Below are positions 1-10,281 of a stretch of DNA of 64,000 nt, in pieces (the first letter of the stretch is position 1; each line of letters opens with the position of its first letter). The notes under the pieces are model-generated. The model ran no database searches, was not told the DNA's origin, and saw only the letters and a program-made list of their open reading frames with translations. This DNA comes from a virus. Taxonomy: Duplodnaviria > Caudoviricetes. The DNA lies in IMG/VR virus record IMGVR_UViG_3300014043_000503, positions 1 through 64,000 of that record, one strand, 5' to 3'. The position numbers and the translations under genes were made by a program.

Positions 1-636
1 ATGAAGAAAATTCTTGTAATGGCTTTGGCCGTTGTGGCTATTTCTTTCGCAAGTTGCGGTAACAAGGCTCAGCAGAAGACTGAGGAAGTCGTTGACTCTA
101 CAGAAGCTGTAGTTGAGGACGTAAACGCTGCTGCCGAGGAGGCTATCTCTGCTCTCTCTGAGCAAATTGAGAAGAAGGACGCAGGCGCTCTGCAGACCGC
201 TCTTGAAGCTATCAAGGCCAAGGTTGCCAGCTTCATCGCTGCCAATCCCGAACTCGCTAAGGAGTATCTTGGCAAGGTTCAGGGTTTCCTGAAGGAGAAT
301 GCTGACAAGATTAAGGCTGTTGTTGGTGACAATGCTGCCATCAGTTCTCTCGTTGCTGGTATCACAGCCATTCCTACTGAGAGTGTTGACGCCCTGATGG
401 GTGCCGGTGATGCCCTGAAGGCTCTGGGTATTGACGCTACCGCAAAGGCTGCCGACGCTGTTGAAGGTGCCAAAGACGCCGTTGAAGGTGCTGCCGACGC
501 TGCCACTGGTGCTGTAAAGGATGCTAAGGATGCTGCTGTTGACAAGGCTAACGAGGCTGTTGACAATGCTAAGGAAAAGGCTGGTGAAGCTATCGACAAT
601 GCTGCCGCTGACGCCAAGAAAAAGCTCGGTCTCTAA
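1..636 (+). CDS. Host lipoprotein with Ala/Asp/Lys-rich low-complexity C-terminus
   Basis: Lipobox-type signal MKKILVMALAVVAISFAS-C; repeats such as DAVEGA. Confidence 0.8.
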   Translation: MKKILVMALAVVAISFASCGNKAQQKTEEVVDSTEAVVEDVNAAAEEAISALSEQIEKKDAGALQTALEAIKAKVASFIAANPELAKEYLGKVQGFLKENADKIKAVVGDNAAISSLVAGITAIPTESVDALMGAGDALKALGIDATAKAADAVEGAKDAVEGAADAATGAVKDAKDAAVDKANEAVDNAKEKAGEAIDNAAADAKKKLGL

Positions 637-665
637 TCTATTCAAGAAAAAGACAATTTAAAGCA

Positions 666-701
666 AAACGCCTGCTCTTCTCAGAGCGGGCGTTTCTTTT
701 T
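666..701 (+). terminator. Intrinsic terminator
   Basis: Stem aaacgcctgctct/agagcgggcgttt followed by T-tract. Confidence 0.8.
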
Positions 702-776
702 AAAATTAATAACTAACCATATAGAATCAGGGTTCTCACCTAACAAGCATGAATAAACCCTTAAGAAAACCCTGTT

Positions 777-1226
777 TTAACGACGACGGGGAAAACGGCT
801 GCGCATCTCCTCGCGCTTCTTTTGATAGGCATTAAACTGGTCTTCGGTCATAATACCTTTCAGTTCTTTGTCGTATGCTTCTTGCTTCTGGCGGCGCTCA
901 GTCATCCGCTTCTCCATTTCTTCTCTTGAAGGACGCTCCGGGCGTTGCTGAGCCGAAGCACCGGTGTTGCCATCCAACTGTCCATCACGACCACCCATCA
1001 TGGGACGATGTCCGTGGCGACCTCTACCTCCAAAACGCTGAAGTTCGGGATATTTCTCGTTTAATTCTTTCAACTGAGCAGCCTGCTTCTCATTGAGTCC
1101 ATACTCCTTGACCATCATTTCGGTACGGTCAAAATGCTTACGTTCTTTCTTCTCTCCTTTACTGTCTTGCGCGAAAGCACCAGTCATTGTAAACGCTGCA
1201 ACAAGCAGCAAAATCATTTTCTTCAT
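777..1226 (-). CDS. Host secreted/periplasmic protein (DUF4890/Spy-like)
   Basis: Signal peptide ending AFA-Q; LNEKQ and MTEDQF helical motifs. Confidence 0.6.
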   Translation of the reverse strand: MKKMILLLVAAFTMTGAFAQDSKGEKKERKHFDRTEMMVKEYGLNEKQAAQLKELNEKYPELQRFGGRGRHGHRPMMGGRDGQLDGNTGASAQQRPERPSREEMEKRMTERRQKQEAYDKELKGIMTEDQFNAYQKKREEMRSRFPRRR

Positions 1227-1381
1227 ATCCTATTCATTTAATTGATTAATAATGTTTCTCCTGAATGGAAACCGATTATTGGATGCAAAGAAAACGAACA
1301 AGTTTAACAGCCTTGGAGAGATTTAAAATTTAAAAACACTTTTTTTGATAAGAAAAATTTTGTAGAACCAAAAATAAGTAT

Positions 1382-1389
1382 TACTTTTG
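1382..1389 (+). promoter_or_regulatory. Bacteroidetes sigmaA -7 element of the tRNA-Ser promoter
   Basis: TACTTTTG matches TAnnTTTG, 12 nt upstream of the tRNA. Confidence 0.65.
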
Positions 1390-1401
1390 CAAACCGTAAG
1401 A

Positions 1402-1489
1402 GGAAGGTTGGCAGAGTGAACGATCGCGCTGGACTCGAAATCCGGTATACCCTTTTCGGGTATCGGGGGTTTGAATCCCTCACCTTCCG
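1402..1489 (+). tRNA. tRNA-Ser(CGA), probable prophage integration site (attL)
   Basis: Acceptor GGAAGGT/ACCTTCC, anticodon arm ctgga-CTCGAAA-tccgg, long variable arm, T arm; integrase directly downstream. Confidence 0.93.
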
Positions 1490-1795
1490 CAAAGAAGAGT
1501 TTTTTGACTTGCTGTTTCCAGTGGTGGCTTTAAAAGTTTACGTGTAATTTTCTTTACATCACCACTGGGAACAGATTAAGGAGAAAGCCTTTAAACAAAG
1601 TGATTCCAAGCATTTTCTTCAGTTGATAAACAAGGAGTTTTTCGGACACTCTGAGTTTGGTTCGTGTTTCCAGACGGAGCATAGAACGTTTTCTTGTCAT
1701 CTTCAAAAAGCCGTGGATCTTGCGGAAAATGCACAAAAAATGTACATTTCGGTGTATGTAAAGCATTTTCAACAAGTGATTAAAAAACAAATTCT

Positions 1796-3070
1796 ATGGT
1801 GACAATCAACTATCAGACCTTCGGAAAGAAGGGTTTCGGTCTCAGGTTGAGGATATACCTGGACGGAGAGACAAAGTACATCGTGGTCAACAAGTTCCTG
1901 AAAGGGCAGCTGTACCTGAAGCATTGGAATCAGAAGAGGCAGAGGTTCATACCTTCAGCCCCGTACAGCGAAGAGAACAACAGGGCGCTTGACATGATCG
2001 CCGAGAAGTTCCTTGAGGCTGCGAGGACGTTTGCCGGAACTGGAATGAATGCTTTCTTCAGGTACGCTGAGGGAAAGCCAAAGGATGATGAAGGGGGAAT
2101 GAAGCTGTCGTTCCTTATCTCGCACGTAATAGCGATGCACAAGAAGAAGATAAGGGAGGACGGCACGATGAAGGATACTTTCATGGCCTATGAGAAGCTG
2201 GAGAGCAAGATGAAGCTCTACTGCCAGCATATAGGTAGGGCCTACGAAAGCGTATATCTGGATGAGGTGGACGCAGGTTTCATAAACGGGGCTTTTGACT
2301 GGATTGAATCTGAGTGCAAAGGAAAGGGTTACTATAATTTCTCTCAGTTCCTCCACGCAACCCTTAACGTGGCAAACTCTAATGGCTGGTATGATATCGG
2401 GAAGGTTGAGAAATGCAGATGGATGCGTACCAAGAAGCTCCATACGGCACACAAGTACAGGACGCTGGACGAGGAGCAGTTCAGGAGGTTCAGCGAGTTC
2501 GATTCCTCCGTCCTACCCGATGCCTGGAAATGGAAGAATGCACAGCTCTACCATGACTTCTGCATCTTCATATTCTATTCGTGCCAGTCTCCATGCGATG
2601 CGATATGCCTGCAGCAGAGGAACGTGAAGGTGATGGACGGCCAGAAATACCTCGTATTCCTGAGAAGGAAGATAGATGACAGGCAGGACGTGGAATGTTT
2701 CGTGCCGGTGAACAAGGTGATGGACGGGATCATGGGGAAATACAGTTCGGTTTCTGAGGATGGGTATATATTCCCAATCAGGAATAAGAAGAAGCTGCTC
2801 ACCCAGAAAACGAACAATGGGGACATCAAGAAATTTATAAGCGGTGCAAACCTCTGGCTTGCGAAGGTCGGTGAAGCCATGAAGCTTGACTTCAAGCTCC
2901 ATCTATATACGTTCCGCCACTCAGGGATCACCAACTACCTGAGGAACGGCGTGTCGCCCGCTTTCGTCTCGGATCTTGCCGGAACGGACATGAGGAATCT
3001 TAGCAAGGTATATTACAACAACCGTGGGGATTCCGAAAATAAGAGAAAGGTTCTGGAGGCAATGCTATAG
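1796..3070 (+). CDS. int: Tyrosine integrase
   Basis: N-terminal arm-binding-like region, HLYTFRHS (H-x-x-R box), LAGT...VYY with C-terminal Tyr. Confidence 0.9.
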   Translation: MVTINYQTFGKKGFGLRLRIYLDGETKYIVVNKFLKGQLYLKHWNQKRQRFIPSAPYSEENNRALDMIAEKFLEAARTFAGTGMNAFFRYAEGKPKDDEGGMKLSFLISHVIAMHKKKIREDGTMKDTFMAYEKLESKMKLYCQHIGRAYESVYLDEVDAGFINGAFDWIESECKGKGYYNFSQFLHATLNVANSNGWYDIGKVEKCRWMRTKKLHTAHKYRTLDEEQFRRFSEFDSSVLPDAWKWKNAQLYHDFCIFIFYSCQSPCDAICLQQRNVKVMDGQKYLVFLRRKIDDRQDVECFVPVNKVMDGIMGKYSSVSEDGYIFPIRNKKKLLTQKTNNGDIKKFISGANLWLAKVGEAMKLDFKLHLYTFRHSGITNYLRNGVSPAFVSDLAGTDMRNLSKVYYNNRGDSENKRKVLEAML

Positions 3071-3078
3071 GAAACGAA

Positions 3079-3108
3079 GAAGCGGCTATCCTTTCGGACG
3101 GCCGCTTC
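3079..3108. terminator. Hairpin terminator between integrase and the leftward operon
   Basis: gaagcggc...gccgcttc stem. Confidence 0.6.
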
Positions 3109-3152
3109 CCTCAACAAAACTAAACCTAACCTTTTCGTATATGAGTATTGCA

Positions 3153-3225
3153 GGTTGCGGAAGGGGGATTCGAACCCTCTGCTCCAGATAATGAGTCTGG
3201 TATGTTACCCTTACACCATTCCGCG
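3153..3225 (-). tRNA. Phage tRNA with CAT anticodon (Met/fMet-like)
   Basis: Reverse complement folds as cloverleaf: CGCGGAA/TTCCGCA acceptor, CCAGA-CTCATTA-TCTGG anticodon arm, GGTTCGAATCC T loop. Confidence 0.85.
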
Positions 3226-3392
3226 ATGTCACAGTATAATAGTAAAATAACGGCACACGTATTATTTGTCCATCTCCTTCAGCACGGATTCATAGTGCCT
3301 GATGGCCGTATCTATGTTCGTGTTCATCCGGAAGCCTTTTTGCACCTCTTTTAGCACTGAGAGGCAATGAAGTATCTGTTCCTTTGTCATGG

Positions 3393-3611
3393 TCATTCAG
3401 GATCTATCATGATTACGATGTCGTGCGTGCTTCTCTCAAGTCCGTTCACGTTCTCCCATTTCCTGATGACATGGGAAACGCTTGAAACGATGCCCATGAT
3501 ATGCTGGCCGTCATCGCACGATATGGTGATGCGCTGGCCCTCATGGACGTTGTTGGTGTTGTTCTTCGTCGTTACCTCTTCTCCGGTAAGCGTATAGATA
3601 AATGTCGTCAT
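3393..3611 (-). CDS. Hypothetical protein
   Basis: ATG ORF packed in the leftward operon. Confidence 0.6.
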   Translation of the reverse strand: MTTFIYTLTGEEVTTKNNTNNVHEGQRITISCDDGQHIMGIVSSVSHVIRKWENVNGLERSTHDIVIMIDPE

Positions 3612-3623
3612 GCCTTATTTGTA

Positions 3624-4451
3624 TTAAATGAATGTAAATGGTGCTTCTTCGATGGGCTTCACCTTCAGGCCGTACTTATGTGCGTTTGCCTCCATCTTCG
3701 GCCTGCGCTCGGTATGCTCGTCATAATAGACCGTATCATCGCCCTTGTCAACGAAATAGTTGAACTGCCTGAAAAGATAGCGGTGGGAAGCCTTTTTCTT
3801 TGCTTCAGGCGTATAGCCTTCATAGGATACCTTCAGCTTGGTCTTCTGAGGCAATCCCCAGTGTATTCTCAGCCGTTCCTTCCGGCGAAGCTCTCCCATG
3901 GATTCCTTGATCTTCCTACAGCATTCCTTGAAACGCTTGGGTGAAAGGCGGTCTTTGTTCGACTGTCCTGGGAGGAATGATCCTGGAATGCGCTGGCCGC
4001 TATCATAGTATTCACGCATCTTGACCTTCATGCGCTTGCTCAGTTCGTCATATAGGCCATGCTCCCTGCATACTGTCCTTGACTGTTCGCTGGCATTGCG
4101 CTGGCATCTTCCCATGTGCTGCCTGCTTTTCTTAAGCCCATATTGCCTTGCTATGCGATGGAGCTGAGTCTCACCTATCCCGAACTTTGCCATGATATCC
4201 CTGTTCTTGGTATGCCTGAAATGCCTGATGACCCATTGAACCTGCTTTTCTGAGAGAGGCTTCCCTCCCCTATTGCCAATCAGGACGGCCTTACGGTCTT
4301 TCTTCCAGCCACGGGGCTTTGCGATATGATCCAGAAGACCATCTTCACTGATACCGAAACGGGCTGAAAGCTCCCTGTTGGTCGTTACGGGATAGAGCCG
4401 TTCCAGCTCTGCAATCTCCTTGTCAGTCAGCTCCCTCCAGTTTCTTCTCAT
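3624..4451 (-). CDS. Protein with two tandem HTH-like repeats
   Basis: Start reassigned to MRRNWRE; repeats LYPVTTNRELSARFGI / HFRHTKNRDIMAKFGI. Confidence 0.6.
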   Translation of the reverse strand: MRRNWRELTDKEIAELERLYPVTTNRELSARFGISEDGLLDHIAKPRGWKKDRKAVLIGNRGGKPLSEKQVQWVIRHFRHTKNRDIMAKFGIGETQLHRIARQYGLKKSRQHMGRCQRNASEQSRTVCREHGLYDELSKRMKVKMREYYDSGQRIPGSFLPGQSNKDRLSPKRFKECCRKIKESMGELRRKERLRIHWGLPQKTKLKVSYEGYTPEAKKKASHRYLFRQFNYFVDKGDDTVYYDEHTERRPKMEANAHKYGLKVKPIEEAPFTFI

Positions 4452-4725
4452 CTTTTTTAAGACGTTTGAGAGGCTCCATGTATTTCTTGTTGTTCTCGTA
4501 ATTCTCCAGTTCCATGATGCGGTCATTGATATACCAGATGGCTTTCCTGAGGTCTTCGATTTCTTTCTGGACGGCTGTCTTGTCAGCGTCATGTTTCAGG
4601 CCGGCCCTCCAGAGATACTTGATCGCATTGCCTATCGAGAAGCAGTAGTGCCTTGCAATCTCGATACATTCAATGCCGCTTGGATGGCTGTTGTAATGCT
4701 GGGGATGATTTACGTTTTCTTCCAT
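4423..4725 (-). CDS. DUF3310 family protein
   Basis: VNHPQHY...IECIE...GNAIKYLWRAGLK...EDLRKAIWY signature. Confidence 0.85.
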   Translation of the reverse strand: MEENVNHPQHYNSHPSGIECIEIARHYCFSIGNAIKYLWRAGLKHDADKTAVQKEIEDLRKAIWYINDRIMELENYENNKKYMEPLKRLKKDEKKLEGAD

Positions 4726-4797
4726 ATCCTAAGTTTTATGTTATGTGTTTATTAATAGATAACCGTGAAGCACCATAAACGGAAAAGAGGAAGAAAT

Positions 4798-5235
4798 TTA
4801 TCCTTCCTCCCTCATTTTCCCGATTATTTCCGTAATGTCGCTCATGCAGGCTTCCATCCTCTCTACGCGCTTCTTCTTGTGTTCGATGAGCGTAGCGATG
4901 ATGTTCAGGTTCTTCAGGATGTCCGCAACATAGTTGTTTCCGATCTTGCTGATCAGCTGGGCATTCTCCTGCTTCAGACTTGATATCCTGTCGTTTGCCT
5001 CATTAAGCTTGCTATACAGTTCCTCGATGATGGAAGCATCGTCAGGGTTGCCGGTTATACACCTGTGTTCCTGGATCATCTCGCAGCGGAACCACTCAGG
5101 CTGTCCTTCAGGCATCTTTATCCTTACTGAGCGCGTTGGGAAGCATACGTTCACCACACGTCCCTTGAGACCTCCGTCAAGCGTCACCATGTCAAATGGA
5201 CGCCAGACCTGTTTCAGAAATTCCTTTTCAGTCAT
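4798..5235 (-). CDS. Hypothetical protein with C-terminal coiled coil
   Basis: 145-aa ORF. Confidence 0.65.
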   Translation of the reverse strand: MTEKEFLKQVWRPFDMVTLDGGLKGRVVNVCFPTRSVRIKMPEGQPEWFRCEMIQEHRCITGNPDDASIIEELYSKLNEANDRISSLKQENAQLISKIGNNYVADILKNLNIIATLIEHKKKRVERMEACMSDITEIIGKMREEG

Positions 5236-5283
5236 GATTCTATTTATTTTCTATTTGTTTTTATTTGTTTCGAGGCAGGATCC

Positions 5284-6030
5284 TCAGCGTCCATACCGCC
5301 ATTCAATAACGTCAATTGATCTGTTTTTTCTTTGGAGTTCTATTAAGAACGTGAACGGGCTGTCCGCGTCTGGCATTTCAAACCACGCTTTCTCACTTCT
5401 CGTATTACCCTCGTTGTCAGGGATGGGGGACGTGAAGACCGTATATATGGCCCTGGTTATTCTTTTATCCTTTGTCCTTACCTCAACGACATCAGAGATC
5501 ATCGTATATACTGGTGTCTCAGACCATAAGTATAATGGAGGTGGCGTTTCAGCCTTCTTCCATTCATATTTGTTAATCTTGTCTATCTTTGCCAGCGGTT
5601 CCTTTCCGAACTGCACGGCCTCAGAAGCATCTACGGTGACGTTCGACTTCTCATTATCCGGTCTGTCAAGCCATAACTGATGGCGGATTACCTGATGCAA
5701 ATCAAAGAGGATATCAGCAGAATCATCGTAATAGATTCCATTCAGGGCATTCCATTCAAGGCCCCAGAAGCGTTTCTTGATTTGCTTGCAGATGGCCTCG
5801 GCATCCTGACGCATATTACTCCAGCCACCTTCCCATTTTTCATCCATGCCATGACCCCCTACGGCTTCCTTGCAGCGTTTCTCCCAGGCTGCTTCCATAA
5901 GATCCTGGAATGGCTTGTCCTGACCGCAGATAAGGCGTGAGAAATTTTCGCATACATAGGAAAGTATATTCACTTGCCGCTCGGTGAGTTCAAGCCGGTA
6001 GGTGTATTCGGTCTTTTTCTTGTTTTTCAT
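5284..6030 (-). CDS. Hypothetical protein
   Basis: 248-aa ORF in operon. Confidence 0.7.
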   Translation of the reverse strand: MKNKKKTEYTYRLELTERQVNILSYVCENFSRLICGQDKPFQDLMEAAWEKRCKEAVGGHGMDEKWEGGWSNMRQDAEAICKQIKKRFWGLEWNALNGIYYDDSADILFDLHQVIRHQLWLDRPDNEKSNVTVDASEAVQFGKEPLAKIDKINKYEWKKAETPPPLYLWSETPVYTMISDVVEVRTKDKRITRAIYTVFTSPIPDNEGNTRSEKAWFEMPDADSPFTFLIELQRKNRSIDVIEWRYGR

Positions 6031-6034
6031 ACTT

Positions 6035-6546
6035 TTATTGTTTTATTGAGAGTGTGGGGTTTTCATAGATGTTTCCAATGACTTCAATACCAAGTACAGA
6101 CTCGTCTATCGGATTTCCGTTTGCGTCACGCCAGCCTTCTTCCTCAGTAGCGTCAAGGTCGTTGCGAATTTCTTGCAAATCATGAACACCACACCAACCC
6201 AAAGGTTCGTAATCTTCACATAAAAACACTCCGTCTTGATAAGAAACAATTGCATCAACCTGTTTAAGAAATGGTACATATCCATGTAAAAAGGGATCGC
6301 AATCTGGATTGACACAATAGGTATCTATTCGGTAATACCTTACTATGTCACCCTCGTAGATTTCTTTATCATTCTTGTCTTTCAGTCCCGTGAACTGGCC
6401 GACCGTATCTTCCAGAACCTCATAGCCTCCGACCATGACACGGGGCTGGAGTCCTGTCACGGTTACGCGCTGGTTGTGGACTAAATCGCCATACACCAGC
6501 CCTTGTCGCCTATTGCATCGTAGCCCCTGAAAAGAATTGTCCTCAT
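6035..6546 (-). pseudogene. YopX family gene with an apparent 1-nt frameshift near 6497
   Basis: MRTILFRG...GW in one frame, VYGDLVH...GQFTGLKDKNDKEIYEGDI...EVIGNIYENP in another. Confidence 0.75.
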
Positions 6547-6611
6547 ATTGAAATTGTTGATGGTTTATAGTTTGTTGAAATCTTGCTTTAACTTTTCAAA
6601 GTAGTCCATAA

Positions 6612-7010
6612 TCACAATAAATTTAATTTATGTAATTTCTCAATCATAGCAACGCAAGCATCAATCGCGTAGTCAGATGATACACTGATGTATCTTTCTC
6701 CATCGTCATAAGTCATGTCCCATTCTGCGCCACAACATTTTAGTGAGACCTTCCAGCAATTCCTATTTAATTCCTCAAGCAATGCTGCAAGACTCCAACA
6801 CGGAATGTCTTTTTTCCTTACTATCGATGTGATTAGCACTTCTGGAGTAGTTCGTACCCCATAACTATCTACATCATAATACATATCCGCACTTTTAATT
6901 GGCAATATCTCTGCCAACTTCTTACTTTGCTTCAACGATGTGAAAGCCTTGCATTTATTATTTACACTTGTTTCCATATTGTTAATATTATAATCTAAAT
7001 CAATCTTCAT
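6612..7010 (-). CDS. Hypothetical phage protein
   Basis: ORF with PCWSLAALL motif. Confidence 0.65.
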   Translation of the reverse strand: MKIDLDYNINNMETSVNNKCKAFTSLKQSKKLAEILPIKSADMYYDVDSYGVRTTPEVLITSIVRKKDIPCWSLAALLEELNRNCWKVSLKCCGAEWDMTYDDGERYISVSSDYAIDACVAMIEKLHKLNLL

Positions 7011-7278
7011 AGTAATAGTCTATTTTTCGGATATATTTTTTGGCATCCTCAAAAGACCATACTGTACTACCTAATCCAAATTCCCTATACTTAAACGAAA
7101 CTTGTACCTCTTTATGGTTAAACTCCTTTATCCAACCACGAATTACCACAATATCCCCTCTATATGGGTAAAACTCAAAGTATGCAGTCTCATTAGAATT
7201 TAACCTTATTGAGCAATGTTGTGGAAGTTCAAAGTACTCAAAAAATTCTTCAAATGTATTAAATATTCTATGATTCAT
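7000..7278 (-). CDS. Hypothetical protein
   Basis: 92-aa ORF. Confidence 0.6.
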   Translation of the reverse strand: MNHRIFNTFEEFFEYFELPQHCSIRLNSNETAYFEFYPYRGDIVVIRGWIKEFNHKEVQVSFKYREFGLGSTVWSFEDAKKYIRKIDYYYED

Positions 7279-7471
7279 AACTTTAATTTTTATATATGTT
7301 TGTAAATTACTATTCTTGGACTACCATCCGCATAGTGTTCTGCATCTGCCTTGTCATTGAAGCATCCTACTACCATTTTGAATGTTCCATCATCATGTTG
7401 TAAAATACAAAGATATAATTCTTTTGGTTTGTCCATGAGTTTTTAGGATTGTTCTAAATATGTATATGCTT

Positions 7472-7927
7472 TCATTGTTGTTTCCCCTTTCCATACATTC
7501 CTTCAGGTGCTTCAATAGCAAGACCCTTTTCAATAAGTCCACGATAATCAAAATGATGGGCATTGAGCCAATCCATTAGATAATCAAAATCTTCATAATA
7601 GAGGATATTTTCTTCATCTCCGTTATAAAATTCGTGTTTAAAAACGACAGAATTATATTCTTTCTTCTCTTCCTCAGTCATACTTGACATTGGACGAAGA
7701 TAGGGTTTGATAATATATCCATTATGCGCATCATTTAATGGGTCTAAAACAATTTCAAACTCATGACTGTAATCAATACCCCACGCATCCTTATGAAAGC
7801 AGAAGTAATTAAGCCGCTTGCCAGTAAGTTCCATAGTGCAATTTTCGACTGGAACAAAGCACTTGACTCTATGCATAAGCCTTGCGCAAAGATCTGTTGA
7901 AAGTATTTGTTTTTCTTCTTGTGTCAT
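7472..7927 (-). CDS. Phage protein, paralog of 9619-10044
   Basis: Shared DLCARL, KPYLRP(M/I)SSMT, NAHHFDYRGLI motifs. Confidence 0.75.
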   Translation of the reverse strand: MTQEEKQILSTDLCARLMHRVKCFVPVENCTMELTGKRLNYFCFHKDAWGIDYSHEFEIVLDPLNDAHNGYIIKPYLRPMSSMTEEEKKEYNSVVFKHEFYNGDEENILYYEDFDYLMDWLNAHHFDYRGLIEKGLAIEAPEGMYGKGKQQ

Positions 7928-7930
7928 AAC

Positions 7931-8200
7931 TTATTCCTCCATTGCTTTTTTAAAGTCGTTGATAACTTCCTTCTGCTCTGATTCAGAAACTTCATACTCA
8001 AATAGGTTGGAACACTCCATGAATCCATGAAGCCACTCACAGACCTTCTCAATCAACTCTTCCCTTGCAATCTCAACGGCTGCGAGTGCTTGCTCAGGGG
8101 TGAGCCATTCATGGTAGGTATGGTCGAAACTACCAACAGGGGTTGTCTCATTGCTGCAACCTCTTGTGCAGTCTTTGATGAATTGTCTTACTTTACTCAT
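7931..8200 (-). CDS. Hypothetical protein
   Basis: 89-aa ORF. Confidence 0.6.
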   Translation of the reverse strand: MSKVRQFIKDCTRGCSNETTPVGSFDHTYHEWLTPEQALAAVEIAREELIEKVCEWLHGFMECSNLFEYEVSESEQKEVINDFKKAMEE

Positions 8201-8203
8201 ATT

Positions 8204-8630
8204 CTATAATTCTATATACATTTTAAATGCTTCAACTAATTTATCTGTCGCTATATCATGGTCAGGGTATTCTTGATAGTCATGCAAGAACTGACAAGCC
8301 TTTGCAATAACATCGGCCCTTCCTTTCTCATACTCTGTACGGAGGGCTTCTATCATATCCTTAGTTTGAGATTTAATACCAAGTTCATAAAAATACTTAG
8401 CAACTTCATAATTGTTTATATCTCCACTAAGCTTACTTACATATTCACCCCAATAAAAACCAAAATCATCAAAATCCACCTTTTTCACTTCAAGGTCTTG
8501 TTCTGCTTGGATAGCCCTCCTTGTACCCTCTTATTATCTGGTCAGCATAAAGATTAGGTACAATCTGCTGCCTTTCTAAGAACTCAAGTGCAAAACTGTG
8601 GATTCTGTTTTCTTTATCTTTTTGTGTCAT
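8204..8630 (-). pseudogene. Hypothetical gene with frameshifted 5' part
   Basis: ATG at 8630 (MTQKDKE) is out of frame with the 8204-8488 ORF; plausible coding fragments (RGYKEGY, QAEQDL) in different frames. Confidence 0.4.
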
Positions 8631-8788
8631 AACTTATTCTCCTTTCTTACAATATCTATTATTCTTATTACCTTTCTTTCCTTCATGGGGCTTTCTAAAC
8701 CCTTTGGAACACTCATACCAATGTGTTGCAAAGCATTCCCCATTATAGCAGAAATAGCAAGGTTTTTTTATATTTGGTTCTGGGCATT

Positions 8789-9415
8789 TCATACTTCTTT
8801 TCCTTTTAGTTTCTTTAATTGTTCTTTCAAACCAATCAAAATATCTATTTGTTTGAGTGTAAACACGCGCTCATACTTACTGGCAAGTTCAAGGACAGTT
8901 ATCTGCTCATCACTCGGCTTCCAAGTGTATCTTTGTTTGAGGGATTTGAGCCAATCATATAGTTTTTCTTTCAGTGAATCTGTATATATAATAGAATCTA
9001 TCATTTCAGATTTTCTTATTATATTCATAAGTACCTTGATAGTATTTTCATCCTCTTCACTCCAAGCAGGTTTCTGTTCACCTTGCTTTTCAAGTTCAGC
9101 GTATTTATCGAGAATTTCTTGTTTGCCCTCACGGTAACCTCTTCGGTACTCTTTATTTGCATTATCTACATTAGAGTTTTGCTTCTTAAGCCAAGCAAGA
9201 ATCTTTCCTCTATCTTGTATATCAATTTCATCATTAATTTTATCAAAATATTCAATTAGCCATTTCCTTATCTTCTCATCCTCGCTCTCTTTGAGTTCAG
9301 GGTCAATATACTCAGCTATCTGTCGTGGCTTAGAGTAATCTAAGCCCTTTACATAACCTCGCCCCATTTCAAGAACACGAGCTTTCATCTCTTTATATTT
9401 CTTTTCGTAGTCCAT
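8789..9415 (-). CDS. Hypothetical phage protein
   Basis: ESEDEKIRK, AWSEEDE, WKPSDEQ motifs. Confidence 0.7.
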   Translation of the reverse strand: MDYEKKYKEMKARVLEMGRGYVKGLDYSKPRQIAEYIDPELKESEDEKIRKWLIEYFDKINDEIDIQDRGKILAWLKKQNSNVDNANKEYRRGYREGKQEILDKYAELEKQGEQKPAWSEEDENTIKVLMNIIRKSEMIDSIIYTDSLKEKLYDWLKSLKQRYTWKPSDEQITVLELASKYERVFTLKQIDILIGLKEQLKKLKGKEV

Positions 9416-9618
9416 AGCTTTCTATAAAATGTCTTTTATTGTTAGATACTTAACCCTTTTCAAGGCTTTATTAAGCTGAGAACGGGTGGTTTTCCCATCC
9501 AGAAAGTCTTCAAGCACTTGCACAAGATTCTTGGCTTCGATACTTATGTCCCTGTAATGTTTGAGTTTCTTTTCGTACTCAATAGCCTGTTTTGAAATGA
9601 TGAGAGCCATATAATAAT

Positions 9619-10044
9619 TTATTTATAAGGGTTATTTTCTTTCGTTACTTCAATAGCGAGTCCAAGAGGGATAAGACCACGATAGTCAAAATGATGAGCA
9701 TTGAACCATTCGGTGGGCATATACTGAGATTTTGCTCTTAACATTAAGTCTTCGACTCTTGTGTGCCGTTCACCTACGGCTTCTAACAATGGGTCAACAT
9801 TAAGACCACACCATTCATCTTCTTCTTCCTTGGTCATGCTCGATATTGGACGGAGATAAGGCTTTGCATTTACCCAGTTGGTATGACCAAAACAATGGCC
9901 GATATTACCATAAGATAATATTACATCACGATTTTTAAGTTTCCCATCACCTTGTAAATCATAATAATCAATATTCAACATCACGCCATACGGCAACCTT
10001 GCACAAAGGTCTTTTAACAGTAATTCTTTATCTTCTTGTGTCAT
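9619..10044 (-). CDS. Phage protein, paralog of 7472-7927
   Basis: Shared motifs with 7472-7927. Confidence 0.75.
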   Translation of the reverse strand: MTQEDKELLLKDLCARLPYGVMLNIDYYDLQGDGKLKNRDVILSYGNIGHCFGHTNWVNAKPYLRPISSMTKEEEDEWCGLNVDPLLEAVGERHTRVEDLMLRAKSQYMPTEWFNAHHFDYRGLIPLGLAIEVTKENNPYK

Positions 10045-10046
10045 AA

Positions 10047-10280
10047 TTATTTATTTTTAAAAACCACAACGCTATCCACTGGAACACCGTCCTTATAAGT
10101 TACTTTAAGGGTGGTCTTTCCTTGATATACATCCATTGCGGAAGGATAGTCTTCACAAATGAAAATTATAGTTCCAACAGCTACTAAAAATGTTCCAACT
10201 ACAACTCTTGGGTCACAGTCAGTAGCAGCAATGCTAATTAATACGCCTATTGAAAATAATATAACACCTATCCAAATCAT
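10047..10280 (-). CDS. Small membrane protein
   Basis: Two hydrophobic segments. Confidence 0.6.
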   Translation of the reverse strand: MIWIGVILFSIGVLISIAATDCDPRVVVGTFLVAVGTIIFICEDYPSAMDVYQGKTTLKVTYKDGVPVDSVVVFKNK

Positions 10281-10281
10281 A

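Noticed and set aside
1304-1790. ORFs 1304-1492 and 1554-1790
   Set aside because: One is antisense to the tRNA; the other lies in the att/promoter region with no coding support.
3155-3175. 3' end of the CAT tRNA as a second att copy of tRNA-Ser
   Set aside because: Shared sequence (ccttccgcaa) is short, inverted in orientation and expected between tRNA 3' ends.
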